Notes: generated by a model not told the origin, from the sequence alone. DNA of 64,000 nucleotides from Anaeramoeba ignava BMAN (GCA_028826165.1 JAPDFW010000060.1:186001-250000); one strand, 5' to 3'; positions 23,541-36,332 are shown, counted from the stretch's first letter. Numbers and translations: made by a program.

Positions 23541-24254
23541 ATGGAAAAATTTAAAGTTATTTTTACAGGAGATTATGGAGTTGGCAAAACAACATTATTA
23601 ACTGTTTATAATGAAAAACATTTTCCAGAAGAAGAATTTCTAAATGATTATGATAATTTTTCAAAAAAATTAGAAATTCAAAATCAAAAAATTGAGATTA
23701 AATTTTTCGATAAAGGAATGAGTGATGATTTTGATGATGAACTTACACCTCTTGCTTTTGCTAATCAAGATATTGTTGCCATTTGTTTTGCTATTGATTG
23801 TTTTCATTCTTTTGAAGATATTCAACCTTTTTGGATTCCTTATATTCAAACAAATACTCCAAATTCAAAAAGAATTCTAATTGGAACTAAAATTGATTTA
23901 AGAAATAATCAAGAAGCAATAAATGAATTAAAAAAAAGAAATAGAGAATTAATTACAAAAGAAGAAGGAATTGAATTGGCGAAGAAAATAAATGCAATTA
24001 AATATTTTGAATGTTCTTCATTAAATCAAAAAGGAATTGAAACTATTTTTAATCAAATTGCTTTAATTTGTATTGGAAAATATGAAGATCCAAAAAATGA
24101 AAAAGATCCAAAAAATGAAAAAGATCCAAAAAATGGAAAAGATCCAAAAAATGGAAAAGATTCAAAAAATGGAAAAGATTCAAAAAATGAAAAAGATCCA
24201 AAAAATGGAAAAGATTCAAAAAATGGAAAAGATAAAGGATGTATTTTGAATTGA
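23541..24254 (+). CDS. Rho/Rac-like GTPase #9 with a KD[PS]KN[GE] repeat in the tail
   Basis: Intact ORF with an 18-nt tandem repeat before GCILN. Confidence 0.92.
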   Translation: MEKFKVIFTGDYGVGKTTLLTVYNEKHFPEEEFLNDYDNFSKKLEIQNQKIEIKFFDKGMSDDFDDELTPLAFANQDIVAICFAIDCFHSFEDIQPFWIPYIQTNTPNSKRILIGTKIDLRNNQEAINELKKRNRELITKEEGIELAKKINAIKYFECSSLNQKGIETIFNQIALICIGKYEDPKNEKDPKNEKDPKNGKDPKNGKDSKNGKDSKNEKDPKNGKDSKNGKDKGCILN

Positions 24255-24310
24255 ATTTGAAAATTTTTTCATTTTTTCATTTTTTCATTTTTTCATTTAA
24301 ATAAATAAAT

Positions 24311-25481
24311 ATGAAAACATTTAAAGTTATTTTTATTGGAACTGCAGGAGTTGGAAAAACATCATTATTAATGACTTATCATAATAAAATTTTACCAGAA
24401 AAAGATATTCCAATGATTTATGATTATTTCCCAAAACAATTTCAAATTAAAAATCAAAATAAAAATCAAATTCAAAATGAAAATCAAAATCAAAATCAAA
24501 ACCAAAATCAAATTCAAAATCAAAATCAAAATCAAATTCAAAATCAAAAATCAAAATCAAAATCAAAATAAAAATCAAAATCAAAATCAAAATCAAAATC
24601 AAAATCAAAATCAAAATCAAAATCAAATTAAAAATCAAAATCAAAATAAAAATCAAAATAAAAATCAAAATAAAAATCAAAATCAAAATCAAAATCAAAA
24701 TCAAAATCAAAATCAAAATCAAAATCAAAATCAAAATCAAAATCAAAATCAAAATCAAAATCAAAATCAAAATCAAAATCAAAATCAAAATCAAAATCAA
24801 AATCAAAATCAAAATCAAAAATCAAAATCAAAATCAAAAATCAAAATCAAAATCAAAATCAAAATCAAAATCAAAATCAAAATCAAAATCAAAATCAAAA
24901 TCAAAATCAAAATCAAAATCAAAATCAAAATCAAAATCAAAAATCAAAATCAAAATCAAAATCAAAATCAAAATCAAAATCAAAATCAAAATCAAAATCA
25001 AAATCAAAATCAAAATCAAAATCAAAATCAAAATCAAAATCAAAATCAAGAAATTGAAATCAACTTTTGGGATACTGAAAAAGATGATTACTATTTGAGA
25101 TTATTTCCTTTATATTATCCCGAAACAGATCTTATTGCTATTTGTTTTGGAATTGATTCTTATTCTTATTTTGAAAATATTGAAAATTATTGGATTCCTG
25201 AAATTGAATATCATTTAAAAAATCCCAAAAGAATTTTAATTGGAACTAAAATAGATTTAAGAAATAATGAAGAAAGAATAAATGAATTAAAAGAAGAAAA
25301 TAAGAAATTAATTACAAAAGAAGAAGGAATGGAATTTGCAAAGAAAATAAAAGCAATTAAATATTTTGAATGTTCTTCATTTACTCAAAAAGGAATTGAA
25401 ACTATTTTTAATGAAATTGCTTTGATTTGTATTGGAAAATATGATAAAAAAGAAAAGAAAAAAGGATGTATTTTGAATTGA
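24311..25481 (+). CDS. Rho/Rac-like GTPase #10 with a ~600-nt (AAAATC)n poly-NQ insertion (frame slips inside the repeat)
   Basis: N-terminus in ORF 24311, C-terminus in ORF 24420-25481. Confidence 0.75.
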
Positions 25482-26100
25482 TATTGAATTGAATTGATAT
25501 TGAATTGAATATTGAATTGAATTGAAATAAATATTGAATTGAATATTGAATTGAATATTGGAATTGAATTGAATATTAAATTGAATTGAATATTGAATTG
25601 ATATTAAATTGAATATTGATATTAAATTGAATATTGAATTTAATTGAATATTGAATTGATATTGAATATTAAATTGAATATTGAATTTAATTGAATATTA
25701 TATTGAATTGAATATTATATTGAATTGATTTTGAATTGAATATTGAATTGATTTGAATATTAAATTGAATTGAATATTGGAATTGAATTGAATATTATAT
25801 TGAATTGAATATTGAATTGAATTGAAATAAATATTGAATTGAATATTGAATTGAATATTGGAATTTAATTGAATATTGAATTGAATTGAATATTGAAATT
25901 GAATTGAATATTGAATTGAATTGAATATTGAATATTATATTGAAATTAAATATTGAATTGAATATTAAATTGAATATTAAATTGAATATTGAATTGATAT
26001 TGAATTGGATATTGAATTGAATTGAATTGATATTGAATTGATATTGAATTGAATATTGAATTGAATTGATATTGAATTGAATTGATATTGAATTGATATT
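25482..26100. repeat. (ATTGA/ATATTGA)n intergenic satellite
   Basis: Direct inspection. Confidence 0.85.
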
Positions 26101-26180
26101 GATTTTAATTTTCATTTTTTAATTTTCATTTTTTAATTTTCATTTTTTAATTTTCATTTTTTTCATTTAAATAAATAAAT

Positions 26181-26777
26181 ATGAAAATATTTAAAGTTAT
26201 TTTTATTGGAACTGGAGGAATAGGAAAATCAGCATTATTAATGACTTATAATGAGAAAAGTTTTCCAGAACAATTTATTCCAACAATTTATGGAAACATT
26301 TTTTCCAAATTTCAAATTGAAAATCAAGAAATTGAAATTGATTTTTGTGATATTGCAAGAAATGAAAGTTATGAACAAAATTTACAAAAGATTTACGAAA
26401 AAACAGATCTTATTGCTTTTTGTTTTTCAATTAATGATTACCATTCTTTTAAAAGTATTGAATCTCTTTGGATTCCTGATGTTGAAGAATACGCTCCAAA
26501 AAATTCAAAAAGAATTTTAATTGGAACTAAAATTGATTTAAGAAATAATGAAGAAAGAATAAATGAATTAAAAAAAAGAAATGAAAAATTAATTACAAAA
26601 GAAGAAGGAATTGAATTTACAAAGAAAATAAATGCAATTAAATATTTTGAATGTTCTTCATTAAATCAAAAAGGAATTGAAACTATTTTTAATGAAATTG
26701 CTTTAATTTGTATTGGAAAATATAAAGAAATAAAACAAGAAGAACAAAAAAATAAAAAAGGATGTATTTTAAATTGA
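26181..26777 (+). CDS. Rho/Rac-like GTPase #11
   Basis: Intact ORF. Confidence 0.92.
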   Translation: MKIFKVIFIGTGGIGKSALLMTYNEKSFPEQFIPTIYGNIFSKFQIENQEIEIDFCDIARNESYEQNLQKIYEKTDLIAFCFSINDYHSFKSIESLWIPDVEEYAPKNSKRILIGTKIDLRNNEERINELKKRNEKLITKEEGIEFTKKINAIKYFECSSLNQKGIETIFNEIALICIGKYKEIKQEEQKNKKGCILN

Positions 26778-26881
26778 ATATTGAATATTGAATTGAATAT
26801 TGAATTAAATATATTGAATTGATTTTAAATTTAATTTTCATTTTTCTCATTTTTTTCAATTTATTTAAATAAAAATTTGGA

Positions 26882-27469
26882 ATGAAAAAATTTAAAATTC
26901 TTTTTATTGGAGCAAATGGAATAGGAAAAACATCATTATTAATGACTTATAATGAGAAGAAACTACCAGAAATATATATTCCAACTGTTTGTGAAATTGT
27001 TTCCAAAAATTTCGAAATAGAAAATCAAGAAAATAAAATTACAATAGATTTTTGGGATACAGCAAGACTTGTAGAAGATTATGACAGATTATTTCCTTTA
27101 TATTATCCCGAAACAGATCTTATTGCTATTTGTTTTCCAATTGATTCTTATTATTATTTTGAAAATATTGAAAATTATTGGATTCCTGAAATTGAACATC
27201 ATTCTCCAAAATCAAAAAGGATTTTAATTGGAACTAAAATTGATTTAAGAAATAATCAAGAAAGAATAAATGAATTAAAAAAAAGAAATGAAAAATTAAT
27301 TACAAAAGAAGAAGGAATGGAATTAGCAAAGAAAATAAATGCAATTAAATATTTTGAATGTTCTTCATTTACTCAAAAAGGAATTGAAACTATTTTTAAT
27401 CAAATTGCTTTAATTTGTATTGGAAAATATGATAAAGAAGAAAAGAAAAAAGGATGTATTTTAAATTAA
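26882..27469 (+). CDS. Rho/Rac-like GTPase #12
   Basis: Intact ORF. Confidence 0.92.
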   Translation: MKKFKILFIGANGIGKTSLLMTYNEKKLPEIYIPTVCEIVSKNFEIENQENKITIDFWDTARLVEDYDRLFPLYYPETDLIAICFPIDSYYYFENIENYWIPEIEHHSPKSKRILIGTKIDLRNNQERINELKKRNEKLITKEEGMELAKKINAIKYFECSSFTQKGIETIFNQIALICIGKYDKEEKKKGCILN

Positions 27470-27585
27470 ATATTAAATTAAATATTTGGAATTGAATATT
27501 GAATATTGAATTGATTTGGAATTGATTTTGAATTTTTTTCAATTTAAAATTTTTCATTTTTTTCTTTTTAAATTAATAAAAATAA

Positions 27586-28431
27586 ATGAAAAAATATAAA
27601 GTTCTTTTTGTTGGAGATGGAATAGTTGGAAAAACATCATTATTAATGACTTATAATAATAAAAAATTCCCAGATATATATATTCCAACTGTTTTTGATG
27701 AATTTTCAAAAAATTTTCAAATCAAAAATCAACAAAATCAAACTGAAATTGAAATTGAAGAAATTGAAATTGAAGAAATTGAAATTGAAGAAAATCAACA
27801 AAATCAACAAAATCAAATTGAAATTGAAGAAATTGAAATTGAACAAAATCAACAAAATCAACAAAATCAAATTGAAATTGAAGAAATTGAAATTGAAAAA
27901 AATCAACAAAATCAACAAAATCAAATTGAAAATCAAATTGAAAATCAAATTGAAAATCAAATTGAAAATCAAATTGAAAATCAAATTGAAAATAAATTTC
28001 AAATTACTTTTTGGGATACAGCAAGACATGAAGATGATATTATTATCAGATTATATTATCCTGGTACTCATGTTTTTGCTATTTGTTTTGCAATTGATGA
28101 TTATTATTCTTTTGAAAGGATAAAAGATTTTTGGATTCCTGAAATTATATTGTCTGCTCCAAAAAAATCAAAAAGGATTTTAATTGGAACTAAAATTGAT
28201 TTAAGAAATAATGAAGAAAGAATAAATGAATTAAAAAAAAGAAATCAAAAATTAATTACAAAAGAAGAAGGAATGGAATTAGCAAAGAAAATAAATGCAA
28301 TTAAATATTTAGAATGTTCTTCATTTACTCAAAAAGGAATTGAAACTATTTTTAATGAAATTGCTTTAATTTGTATTGGAAAATATAAAAAAAAAGAAAA
28401 AAAAAAGAAAAAAGGATGTATTTTAAATTGA
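27586..28431 (+). CDS. Rho/Rac-like GTPase #13 with an EIE/NQQ insertion
   Basis: Intact 281-aa ORF. Confidence 0.9.
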   Translation: MKKYKVLFVGDGIVGKTSLLMTYNNKKFPDIYIPTVFDEFSKNFQIKNQQNQTEIEIEEIEIEEIEIEENQQNQQNQIEIEEIEIEQNQQNQQNQIEIEEIEIEKNQQNQQNQIENQIENQIENQIENQIENQIENKFQITFWDTARHEDDIIIRLYYPGTHVFAICFAIDDYYSFERIKDFWIPEIILSAPKKSKRILIGTKIDLRNNEERINELKKRNQKLITKEEGMELAKKINAIKYLECSSFTQKGIETIFNEIALICIGKYKKKEKKKKKGCILN

Positions 28432-28935
28432 ATTGAATATTGAATTAAATATTGAATTGAATATTGAATTGAATTGAATTGAATTGATTTGAATTGAATT
28501 AAATATTGAAATAAATATTGAAATAAATATTGAATATTGAATTGAATTAAATTAAATTGATTATTGATTTGAATTGAATTAAATTAAATTGAATTGATTA
28601 TTGAATTAAATTGATTATTGAATTGATTATTGAATTGAATATTGAATTGATTATTGAATTAAATATTGAAATAAATATTGAATATTAAATTGATTATTAA
28701 ATTGATTATTGAATTAAATATTGAATATTAAATTGATTATTGATTTGAATTGAATTAAATATTGAATATTGAATATTGAATTGAATATTAAATTGATTTG
28801 AATTGAATATTGAATTGAATTAAATTGAATATTGATTATTGATTTGAATTAAATTAAATTGAATATTAAATTGAATATTGAATTGATTATTGAATTGAAT
28901 TGATTATTGATTTGAATTAAATTAAATTGATTTAA
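28432..28935. repeat. (ATTGA)n-type intergenic satellite
   Basis: Direct inspection. Confidence 0.85.
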
Positions 28936-28990
28936 ATTGATTTGTTTCATTTTTCATTTTTTTATTTTTAAATTAATAAATAAAATTTTT

Positions 28991-29587
28991 ATGGAAAAAT
29001 ATAAAGTTCTTTTTATTGGAGTTAGACAAATTGGAAAAACATCATTATTAATGACATATAATAATAAAAAACTACCAGAAGGATATCTCCCAACTGTTTA
29101 TGATCCTTTTTCCAAATATTTTCAAAATTTCAAAAAAGAAAATCAAAAAAACAAAATTAAAATTTCATTTTGGGATACAGCAAGACATGATGAATATTAT
29201 ACATTATTACCTTTATATTTTCCCAATACAGATTTAATTGCTATTTGTTTTGCAATTGATTCTTATTATTCTTTTGAAAGTATTGAAAATAATTTGATTC
29301 TTGATATTGAAGAATATTCTCCAAATTCAAAAAGAATTTTAATTGGAACTAAAATTGATTTAAGAAATAATCAAGAGAGAATAAATGAATTAAAAGAAGA
29401 AAATAAGAAATTAATTACAAAAGAAGAAGGAATTGAATTGGCAAATAAAATAAAAGCAATTAAATATTTTGAATGTTCTTCATTTAATCAAAAAGGAATT
29501 GAAACTATTTTTAATGAAATTGTTTTAATTTGTTTTGGAAAATATGATAAAGAAGAAGAAAATAAAAAAGGATGTATTTTGAATTAA
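28991..29587 (+). CDS. Rho/Rac-like GTPase #14
   Basis: Start MEKYKV at 28991, chosen by alignment with paralogs. Confidence 0.9.
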   Translation: MEKYKVLFIGVRQIGKTSLLMTYNNKKLPEGYLPTVYDPFSKYFQNFKKENQKNKIKISFWDTARHDEYYTLLPLYFPNTDLIAICFAIDSYYSFESIENNLILDIEEYSPNSKRILIGTKIDLRNNQERINELKEENKKLITKEEGIELANKIKAIKYFECSSFNQKGIETIFNEIVLICFGKYDKEEENKKGCILN

Positions 29588-29635
29588 GATTAAATTTTTC
29601 ATTTTTTTCATTTTTAAATTAATAAATAAAAATAA

Positions 29636-30217
29636 ATGGAAAAATATAAAGTTGTTTTTGTTGGAGATGGAGCAGTTGGAAAAACATCATTATTATTTAC
29701 TTATCATGATAAAAACTTTCCAGAAATATATATTCCAACTGTTTATGATAATTTTGAATCAAAGTTTCAAATTGAAAATAAAGAAATTGAAATTGAATTT
29801 TGGGATGTGACTATAACTGAGTATAACTTTAAATTACTTTCTTTATATTATTCCAATACAAATATTTTTGTTCTTTGTTTCGCAATTGATTCTTATTATA
29901 CTTTTGAAAGTATTGAAAAGTATTGGATTCTTGATATTAAAAAACATTCAAAAAATCCAAAAATAGTTTTGATTGGAACTAAAATTGATTTAAGAAATAA
30001 TGAAGAGAGAATAAATCAATTAAAAGAAGAAAATAAGAAATTAATTACAAAAGAAGAAGGAATTGAGTTGGCAAATAAAATAAAAGCAATTAAATATTTA
30101 GAATGTTCTTCATTTACTCAAAAAGGAATTGAAACTATTTTTAATGAAATTGCTTTAATTTGTTTTGGCAAATATAGAAAAGAAGAAGAAAATAAAAAAG
30201 GATGTATTTTGAATTAA
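29636..30217 (+). CDS. Rho/Rac-like GTPase #15
   Basis: VGDGAVGKT (canonical Rac P-loop) and YIPTVYDNF. Confidence 0.92.
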   Translation: MEKYKVVFVGDGAVGKTSLLFTYHDKNFPEIYIPTVYDNFESKFQIENKEIEIEFWDVTITEYNFKLLSLYYSNTNIFVLCFAIDSYYTFESIEKYWILDIKKHSKNPKIVLIGTKIDLRNNEERINQLKEENKKLITKEEGIELANKIKAIKYLECSSFTQKGIETIFNEIALICFGKYRKEEENKKGCILN

Positions 30218-30294
30218 GATTAAAAATTATTTTTTTGGATTTTTTTGATTTTCATTTTTTTCTTTTTCATTTTTTAAATTAATAAAAATTTGGA

Positions 30295-30876
30295 ATGAAA
30301 AAATTTAAAGCTATTTTTGTTGGATCAAGAGGAATTGGAAAAACATCATTATTATTAACTTATTATGAGAAGAAACTTCCAGGAGAATATATTCCAACTG
30401 TTTTTGATATTTTTCAAAAAACTTTTAAAATTGAAAAAAATAAAGAAATTGAAATTTCATTTTGGGATTCAGAAAGACCTGAAGATCATGATAGATTGTT
30501 TCCTTTAATTTATCCTGAAACAGATTTAATTGCTATTTGTTTTTCAATTATTGATTCTAATTCTTTTGAAAGAATTGAAAATTATTGGATTCCTGAAATT
30601 GAACATCATTCTCCAAATTCAAAAAGAATTTTAATTGGAACTAAAATGGATTTAAGAAATAATGAAGAAAGAATAAATCAATTAAAAGAAAGAAATCAAA
30701 AATTAATTACAAAAGAAGAAGGAATTGAATTTGCAAAGAAAATAAATGCAATTAAATATTTAGAATGTTCTTCATTTACTCAAAAAGGAATTGAAACTAT
30801 TTTTAATGAAATTGTTTTAATTTGTATTGGAAAATATGATAAAGAAGAAAAGAAAAAAGGATGTATTTTGAATTGA
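30295..30876 (+). CDS. Rho/Rac-like GTPase #16
   Basis: PGEYIPTVFD, CILN. Confidence 0.92.
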   Translation: MKKFKAIFVGSRGIGKTSLLLTYYEKKLPGEYIPTVFDIFQKTFKIEKNKEIEISFWDSERPEDHDRLFPLIYPETDLIAICFSIIDSNSFERIENYWIPEIEHHSPNSKRILIGTKMDLRNNEERINQLKERNQKLITKEEGIEFAKKINAIKYLECSSFTQKGIETIFNEIVLICIGKYDKEEKKKGCILN

Positions 30877-32330
30877 ATTGAATTGACATTGAATTGAATT
30901 AAATATTAAATTAAATATTGAATATTGAAATGAATATTGAATTAAATTGAATTGAATTGAATTGAATTAAATATTGAATTGAATTAAATTGAATTGAATT
31001 GAATTGAATTAAATATTGAATTGAATTAAATTGAATTGAATTGAATTGAATTAAATATTGAATTGAATTAAATTGAATTGAATTAAATTGAATTGAATTA
31101 AATTGAATTGAATTAAATATTGAATTGAATATTGAAATAAATATTAAATTGAATTGAATTGAATTAAATATTGAATTAAATATTAAATTGAATTGAATTG
31201 AATTAAATATTGAATTGAATTAAATATTGAAATTAAATATTGAATTAAATATTGAATTAAATTGAATATTGAATTAAATATTGAATTAAATTGAATATTG
31301 AATTAAATATTGAATTAAATTGAATATTGAATATTGAATTCAAATATTGGTAAATATTGAATTAAATATTGGAATTAAATATTGAAATAACTAAATATTG
31401 AATTAAAATGAATGGAATTGGTGAAATTAAAAATTTGAAATGGAATTGAAATTGAAATAATTGGAATGAATCGAAATTGAAATTGAAATGAATATTGAAA
31501 AGTGAAATGAAATTGAATATTGAATTGAATTGAAATGGTGAATAATTGGAATATTGAATATTGAATTAAATATTAAAATTGAATTAAATATTGAATTGAA
31601 ATTGAAGGGAATTAAATATTGAATTGAATTGAATTGGAATGAATTGAATTAAATATTAAATTGAATTAAATATTGAATTAAAATATTGAATTGAATTGAA
31701 TTGAATTAAAATTGAAGTAATATTGAATGGAGTAAATATTGGTAAATATGGAATGAATTAAAATTGAATTGAATTAAATATTGAATTAAATTAAAATTAA
31801 ATATTGAATTAAATATTGAATTGGAATATTGAATCGAGGAAAATATTGAATTAAATTGAATATTGAATTAAATATTGAAAAATATTAAATTGAATTGAAT
31901 TGAATTGAATTAAAATATTGAATTAAATATTGAATTAAATATTGAATCGAATTAAATTAAATATTGAATTAAATTAAATATTGAAATTAAATATTGAATT
32001 AAATATCAATTAAATAAATACGAATTAAATATTGAATTGAATTGAATTAAATATTGAAATGAATGAATATTGAATTGAATTGAAATTGAATTAAATATTG
32101 AAATAAATATTGAATTGAATTAAATTGAATTAAATTGAATTAAATTGAATTGAAATAAATATTGAATTAAATATTGAATTGAAATAAATATTGAATTAAA
32201 TATTGAATTAAATATTGAATTAAATATTGAATTAAATTATTGGAATTGAATATTGAATATTGAATTGAATTAAATATTGAATTGAATTAAATATTGAAAT
32301 AAATATTGAATTGAAATTGAATTTAAATTG
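30877..32330. repeat. (ATTGA/AAATATTGAATT)n intergenic satellite
   Basis: Direct inspection. The centre is noisy. Confidence 0.85.
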
Positions 32331-32388
32331 AAAAATTTTTTTTTTGGATTTTTCATTTTTCTTTCTCATTTTTTTAAATAAATAAAAA

Positions 32389-32970
32389 ATGCAAAAATAT
32401 AATGTTTCTTTTGTTGGATATGATCTAGTTGGAAAAACAACATTATTATTAACTTATAAAGAAAAAAAACTTCCAGATGGAACTAATCCATTTTATGATA
32501 GTAATTTTACAAAAAAATATGAAATTGAAAATAAAGAATTTGAAATTGAATTTTGGGACACAAGAATACCTGATTATGATAAACTTACTCCTCTTATTTA
32601 TATTGGAAGAGATGTTATTGCTATTTGTTTTGCAGTTGATAATCCTTATTCTTTTGAAAAAGTTAAAGATTTTTGGATTCCTGATATTGAAAAACATTCT
32701 CCAAAATCAAAAAGAATTTTAATTGCAACTAAAATGGATTTAAGAAATAATGAAAAAAGAAAATATGAATTAAAAGAAGAAAATAAGGAATTAATTACAA
32801 AAGAAGAAGGAATTGAATTAGCAATGAAAATAAAAGCAATTAAATATTTTGAATGTTCTTCATTAAATCAAAAAGGAATTGAAACTATTTTCAATGAAAT
32901 ACCTTTAGTTTGTATTGGAAAATATGGAGAACAAAAACAAATTGAGAAAAAAGGATGTATTTTGAATTAA
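32389..32970 (+). CDS. Rho/Rac-like GTPase #17
   Basis: Intact ORF. Confidence 0.92.
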   Translation: MQKYNVSFVGYDLVGKTTLLLTYKEKKLPDGTNPFYDSNFTKKYEIENKEFEIEFWDTRIPDYDKLTPLIYIGRDVIAICFAVDNPYSFEKVKDFWIPDIEKHSPKSKRILIATKMDLRNNEKRKYELKEENKELITKEEGIELAMKIKAIKYFECSSLNQKGIETIFNEIPLVCIGKYGEQKQIEKKGCILN

Positions 32971-33065
32971 AATTTTTTGCATTTTTGAATTTGGATTTTA
33001 TTTATAAAAATTATTTTTTTTTTGGATTTTTCATTTTTTTCATTTTTCTTCAATAAAAAATTGGA

Positions 33066-33734
33066 ATGAGAAAGTGGAAAATTCTTTTTATTGGAGATTA
33101 TTATGTTGGAAAAACATCATTATTAATGACTTATTATGAGAAGAAACTTCCAGAAGAATATCTTCCAACTGTTTTTGAAAGTTTTTCAAATATTTTTCAA
33201 ATCAAAAATGAAGAAATTGAACGAATTGAAGAAAATGAACAAAATCAAATTGAAAATCAACAAAATCAACAAAATCAACAAAATCAAATTGAAATTGAAA
33301 ATAAATTTCAAATTGAATTTTGGGATTCAGCAATACATGAAGATAATTATAGATTCCTCCAAATTTTTTGTCAAGAAGCAGATATTATTGTTTTTTGTTT
33401 TTCAATTATTGATTATTATTCTTTTGAAAATATTCAATCTTTTTGGATTCCTAATACTGAAAAATATTTAAAAAATAAAAAAAGAATTTTAATTGGAACT
33501 AAAATGGATTTAAGAAATAATGAAGAAAGAATAAATCAATTAAAAGAAAAAAATCAAAAATTAATTACAAAAGAAGAAGGAATGGATTTAGCAAAGAAAA
33601 TAAAAGCAATTAAATATTTTGAATGTTCTTCATTAAATCAAAAAGGAATTGAAACTATTTTTAATGAAATTGCTTTAATTTGTATTGGAAAATATGATAA
33701 AAAAGAAAAGAAAAAAGGATGTATTTTGAATTAA
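33066..33734 (+). CDS. Rho/Rac-like GTPase #18
   Basis: Intact ORF with an NQ insertion. Confidence 0.92.
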   Translation: MRKWKILFIGDYYVGKTSLLMTYYEKKLPEEYLPTVFESFSNIFQIKNEEIERIEENEQNQIENQQNQQNQQNQIEIENKFQIEFWDSAIHEDNYRFLQIFCQEADIIVFCFSIIDYYSFENIQSFWIPNTEKYLKNKKRILIGTKMDLRNNEERINQLKEKNQKLITKEEGMDLAKKIKAIKYFECSSLNQKGIETIFNEIALICIGKYDKKEKKKGCILN

Positions 33735-33813
33735 ATTTTATTTTTTTTAAATTTTCATTTTTTTTGATTTTCATTTTTTTCTTTCTCATTTTTTAAATTA
33801 ATAAAAATTTGGA

Positions 33814-34377
33814 ATGGAAAAATTTAAAGCTATTTTTGTTGGATCAAGAGTAGTTGGAAAAACATCATTATTATTAACTTATTATGAGAAGAAACTTCCA
33901 GAAAAATATATTCCAACTATTTTTGATATTTTTCAAAAAACTTTTAAAATTGAAAAAAATAAAGAAATTGAAATTTCTTTTTGGGATTCAGAAAGACCTG
34001 AAGATCGTGATAGATTGTTTCCTTTAATTTATCCTGAAACAGATTTAATTGCTATTTGTTTTTCAATTATTGATTCTAATTCTTTTGAAAGAATTGAAAA
34101 TTTTTGGATTCCTGAAATTGAACAATATTCTCCAAATTCAAAAAGAATTTTAATTGGAACTAAAATTGATTTAAGAAATGAATTAAAAGAAGATAATCAA
34201 AAATTAATTACAAAAGAAGAAGGAATGGAATTTGCAAAAAAAATAAAAGCAATTAAATATTTTGAATGTTCTTCATTTACACAAAAAGGAATTGAAACTA
34301 TTTTTAATGAAATACCTTTAGTTTGTATTGGGAAATATGATAAAGAAGAAAATAAAAAAGGATGTATTTTGAATTAA
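33814..34377 (+). CDS. Rho/Rac-like GTPase #19
   Basis: Intact ORF. Confidence 0.92.
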   Translation: MEKFKAIFVGSRVVGKTSLLLTYYEKKLPEKYIPTIFDIFQKTFKIEKNKEIEISFWDSERPEDRDRLFPLIYPETDLIAICFSIIDSNSFERIENFWIPEIEQYSPNSKRILIGTKIDLRNELKEDNQKLITKEEGMEFAKKIKAIKYFECSSFTQKGIETIFNEIPLVCIGKYDKEENKKGCILN

Positions 34378-34472
34378 GATTAAAATTTATCTTTTTTGAA
34401 TTTCATTTTTTTTGATTTTCATTTTTTTTTGGATTTTCATTTTTTTCTTCTTAAAAAATTATAAATAAAAAA

Positions 34473-35062
34473 ATGGAAAAATATAAAGTTATTTTTATTG
34501 GAGATGGAGCAATAGGAAAAACATCATTATTATTAACTTATGATCTCAAATATTTACCAGAAGAATATATTCCAACTATTTATGATAATTTTTCAAAAAA
34601 TTTTAAAATTGAAGAAAATAAAGAAATTGAAATTGCATTTTGGGATACAGCAAGACGTGATTATGATGATAGATTGTTTCCTTTATATTATCCCTGGAAA
34701 CAGATTCTAATTGTTATTTGTTTTGCAATTGATGATTATTATTCTTTTGAAAATATTGAAAATTTTTGGATTCTTTGAAATTGGAAAATATATTCCAAAA
34801 TATTCAAAAAGAATTTTGGTTGAACTAAAATGGATTTAAGAAATAATGAAGAAAGAATAAATGAATTAAAAGAAAAATCAAAATTAATTACAAAAAGAAG
34901 AAGGAATGGATTTAGCAAAGAAAATAAAAAGCAATTAAATATTTTGAATGTTCTTCATTAAATCAAAAAGGAATTGAAACTATTTTTAATGAAATTATGC
35001 TTGACTCTTGTATTGGAAAATATGATAAAGAAGAAAGGAAAAAAGGATGTATTTTGAATTGA
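34473..35062 (+). pseudogene. Rho-like #20, frameshifted as assembled (twin of #31)
   Basis: Full-length homology with several 1-nt indels. May be a consensus error rather than a true pseudogene. Confidence 0.6.
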
Positions 35063-35117
35063 ATTTTCCATTTGGATTTTCATTTTTTTTCTTTTTAAAA
35101 AATTATAAATAAAAAAA

Positions 35118-35697
35118 ATGGAAAAATTTAAAACTATTTTTATTGGAGATGGAGGAATAGGAAAAACAACATTATTATTTACTTATGATGAGAAGAAACT
35201 TCTAGGAGAATATATTCCAACTGTTTTTGATACTTTTTCAAAAAGTTCAAATTGGAAAGAAATCAAGAAATTGAAATTTCTTTTTGGGATATGGCAAGAT
35301 TTGATTATGATGATATGATTGCTTCCTTTATATTTTCCTCAAACAGATGTTATTGTTTTTGTTTTTGCAATTGATAGATATGCTTCTTTTGAAAATATTG
35401 AATCTGTTTGGATTCCTGAATTGGAAAATATATTCAAAAATATTCAAAAATTTTTTTGGAACTAAAATGGATTTAAGAAATAATCAAAAAGAATAAATGA
35501 ATTAAAAAGAAAAGAAATGAAAAATTTGTTAAAAAGAAGAAGGAATTGAATTGGCAAATAAAATAAATGCAATTAAATATTTAGAATGTTCTTCATTTAC
35601 TCAAAAAGGAATTGAAACTATTTTTAATGAAATTGTTTTTAATTTGTATTGGAAAATATGATAAAGAAGAAAGGAAAAAGGATGTATTTTAAATTGA
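35118..35697 (+). pseudogene. Rho-like #21, frameshifted as assembled (twin of #32)
   Basis: Full-length homology with homopolymer indels. Confidence 0.6.
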
Positions 35698-35740
35698 AAT
35701 TTTTGAATTTTTCGGTTTTCATTTTTCATTTAAAATAAAA

Positions 35741-36332
35741 ATGAAAAATTTAAAACTATTTTTGTTGAAGAAAATGAAGTTGGAAAAACAACATTATTAA
35801 TTTACTTATATGATCTCAAATAATTTACCAGAAAAATATCTTCCAACTGCTTTATGATGATTTTTCAAAAATTTATAAAATTGAAGAAAATAAAGAAAAG
35901 AAATTGAATTTTGGGATAAAGAATGAAAATAATGATAATTTCACGCGTTTTTATTTATGATCAAACAGATGTTATTGCTATTTGTTTTTGCAATCGATAA
36001 TCGTTCTTCTTTTTCAAAATATTGAATCTTTTTGGATTCTTGAAATTGAACACTATTCTCCAAATTCAAAAATAATTTTAATTGGAACTAAAATTGATTT
36101 AAGAAATAATGAAAAAGAATAAATCAATTAAAAGAAGAAAATCAAAAATTAATTACAAAAGAAGAAGGAATGGATTTAGCAAAAATAAAAGCAATTAAAT
36201 ATTTTGAATGTTCTTCATTAAAATCAAAAAGGAATAGAAACTATTTTTAATGAAATTATGTTAATTTGTATTGGAAAATATGATGAATTAATCAAGAAAA
36301 ATGTAAAAAAGAAAAAGGATATTTTAAATTGA
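35741..36332 (+). pseudogene. Rho-like #22, frameshifted as assembled (twin of #33)
   Basis: Shares the distinctive ttcacgcgtttt segment with #33. Confidence 0.6.

Noticed and set aside
24447-25049. (AAAATC)n tract in GTPase #10 as an intron or intein
   Set aside because: It has no GT donor and no Hint-domain motifs, and paralogs carry in-frame insertions at the same site.
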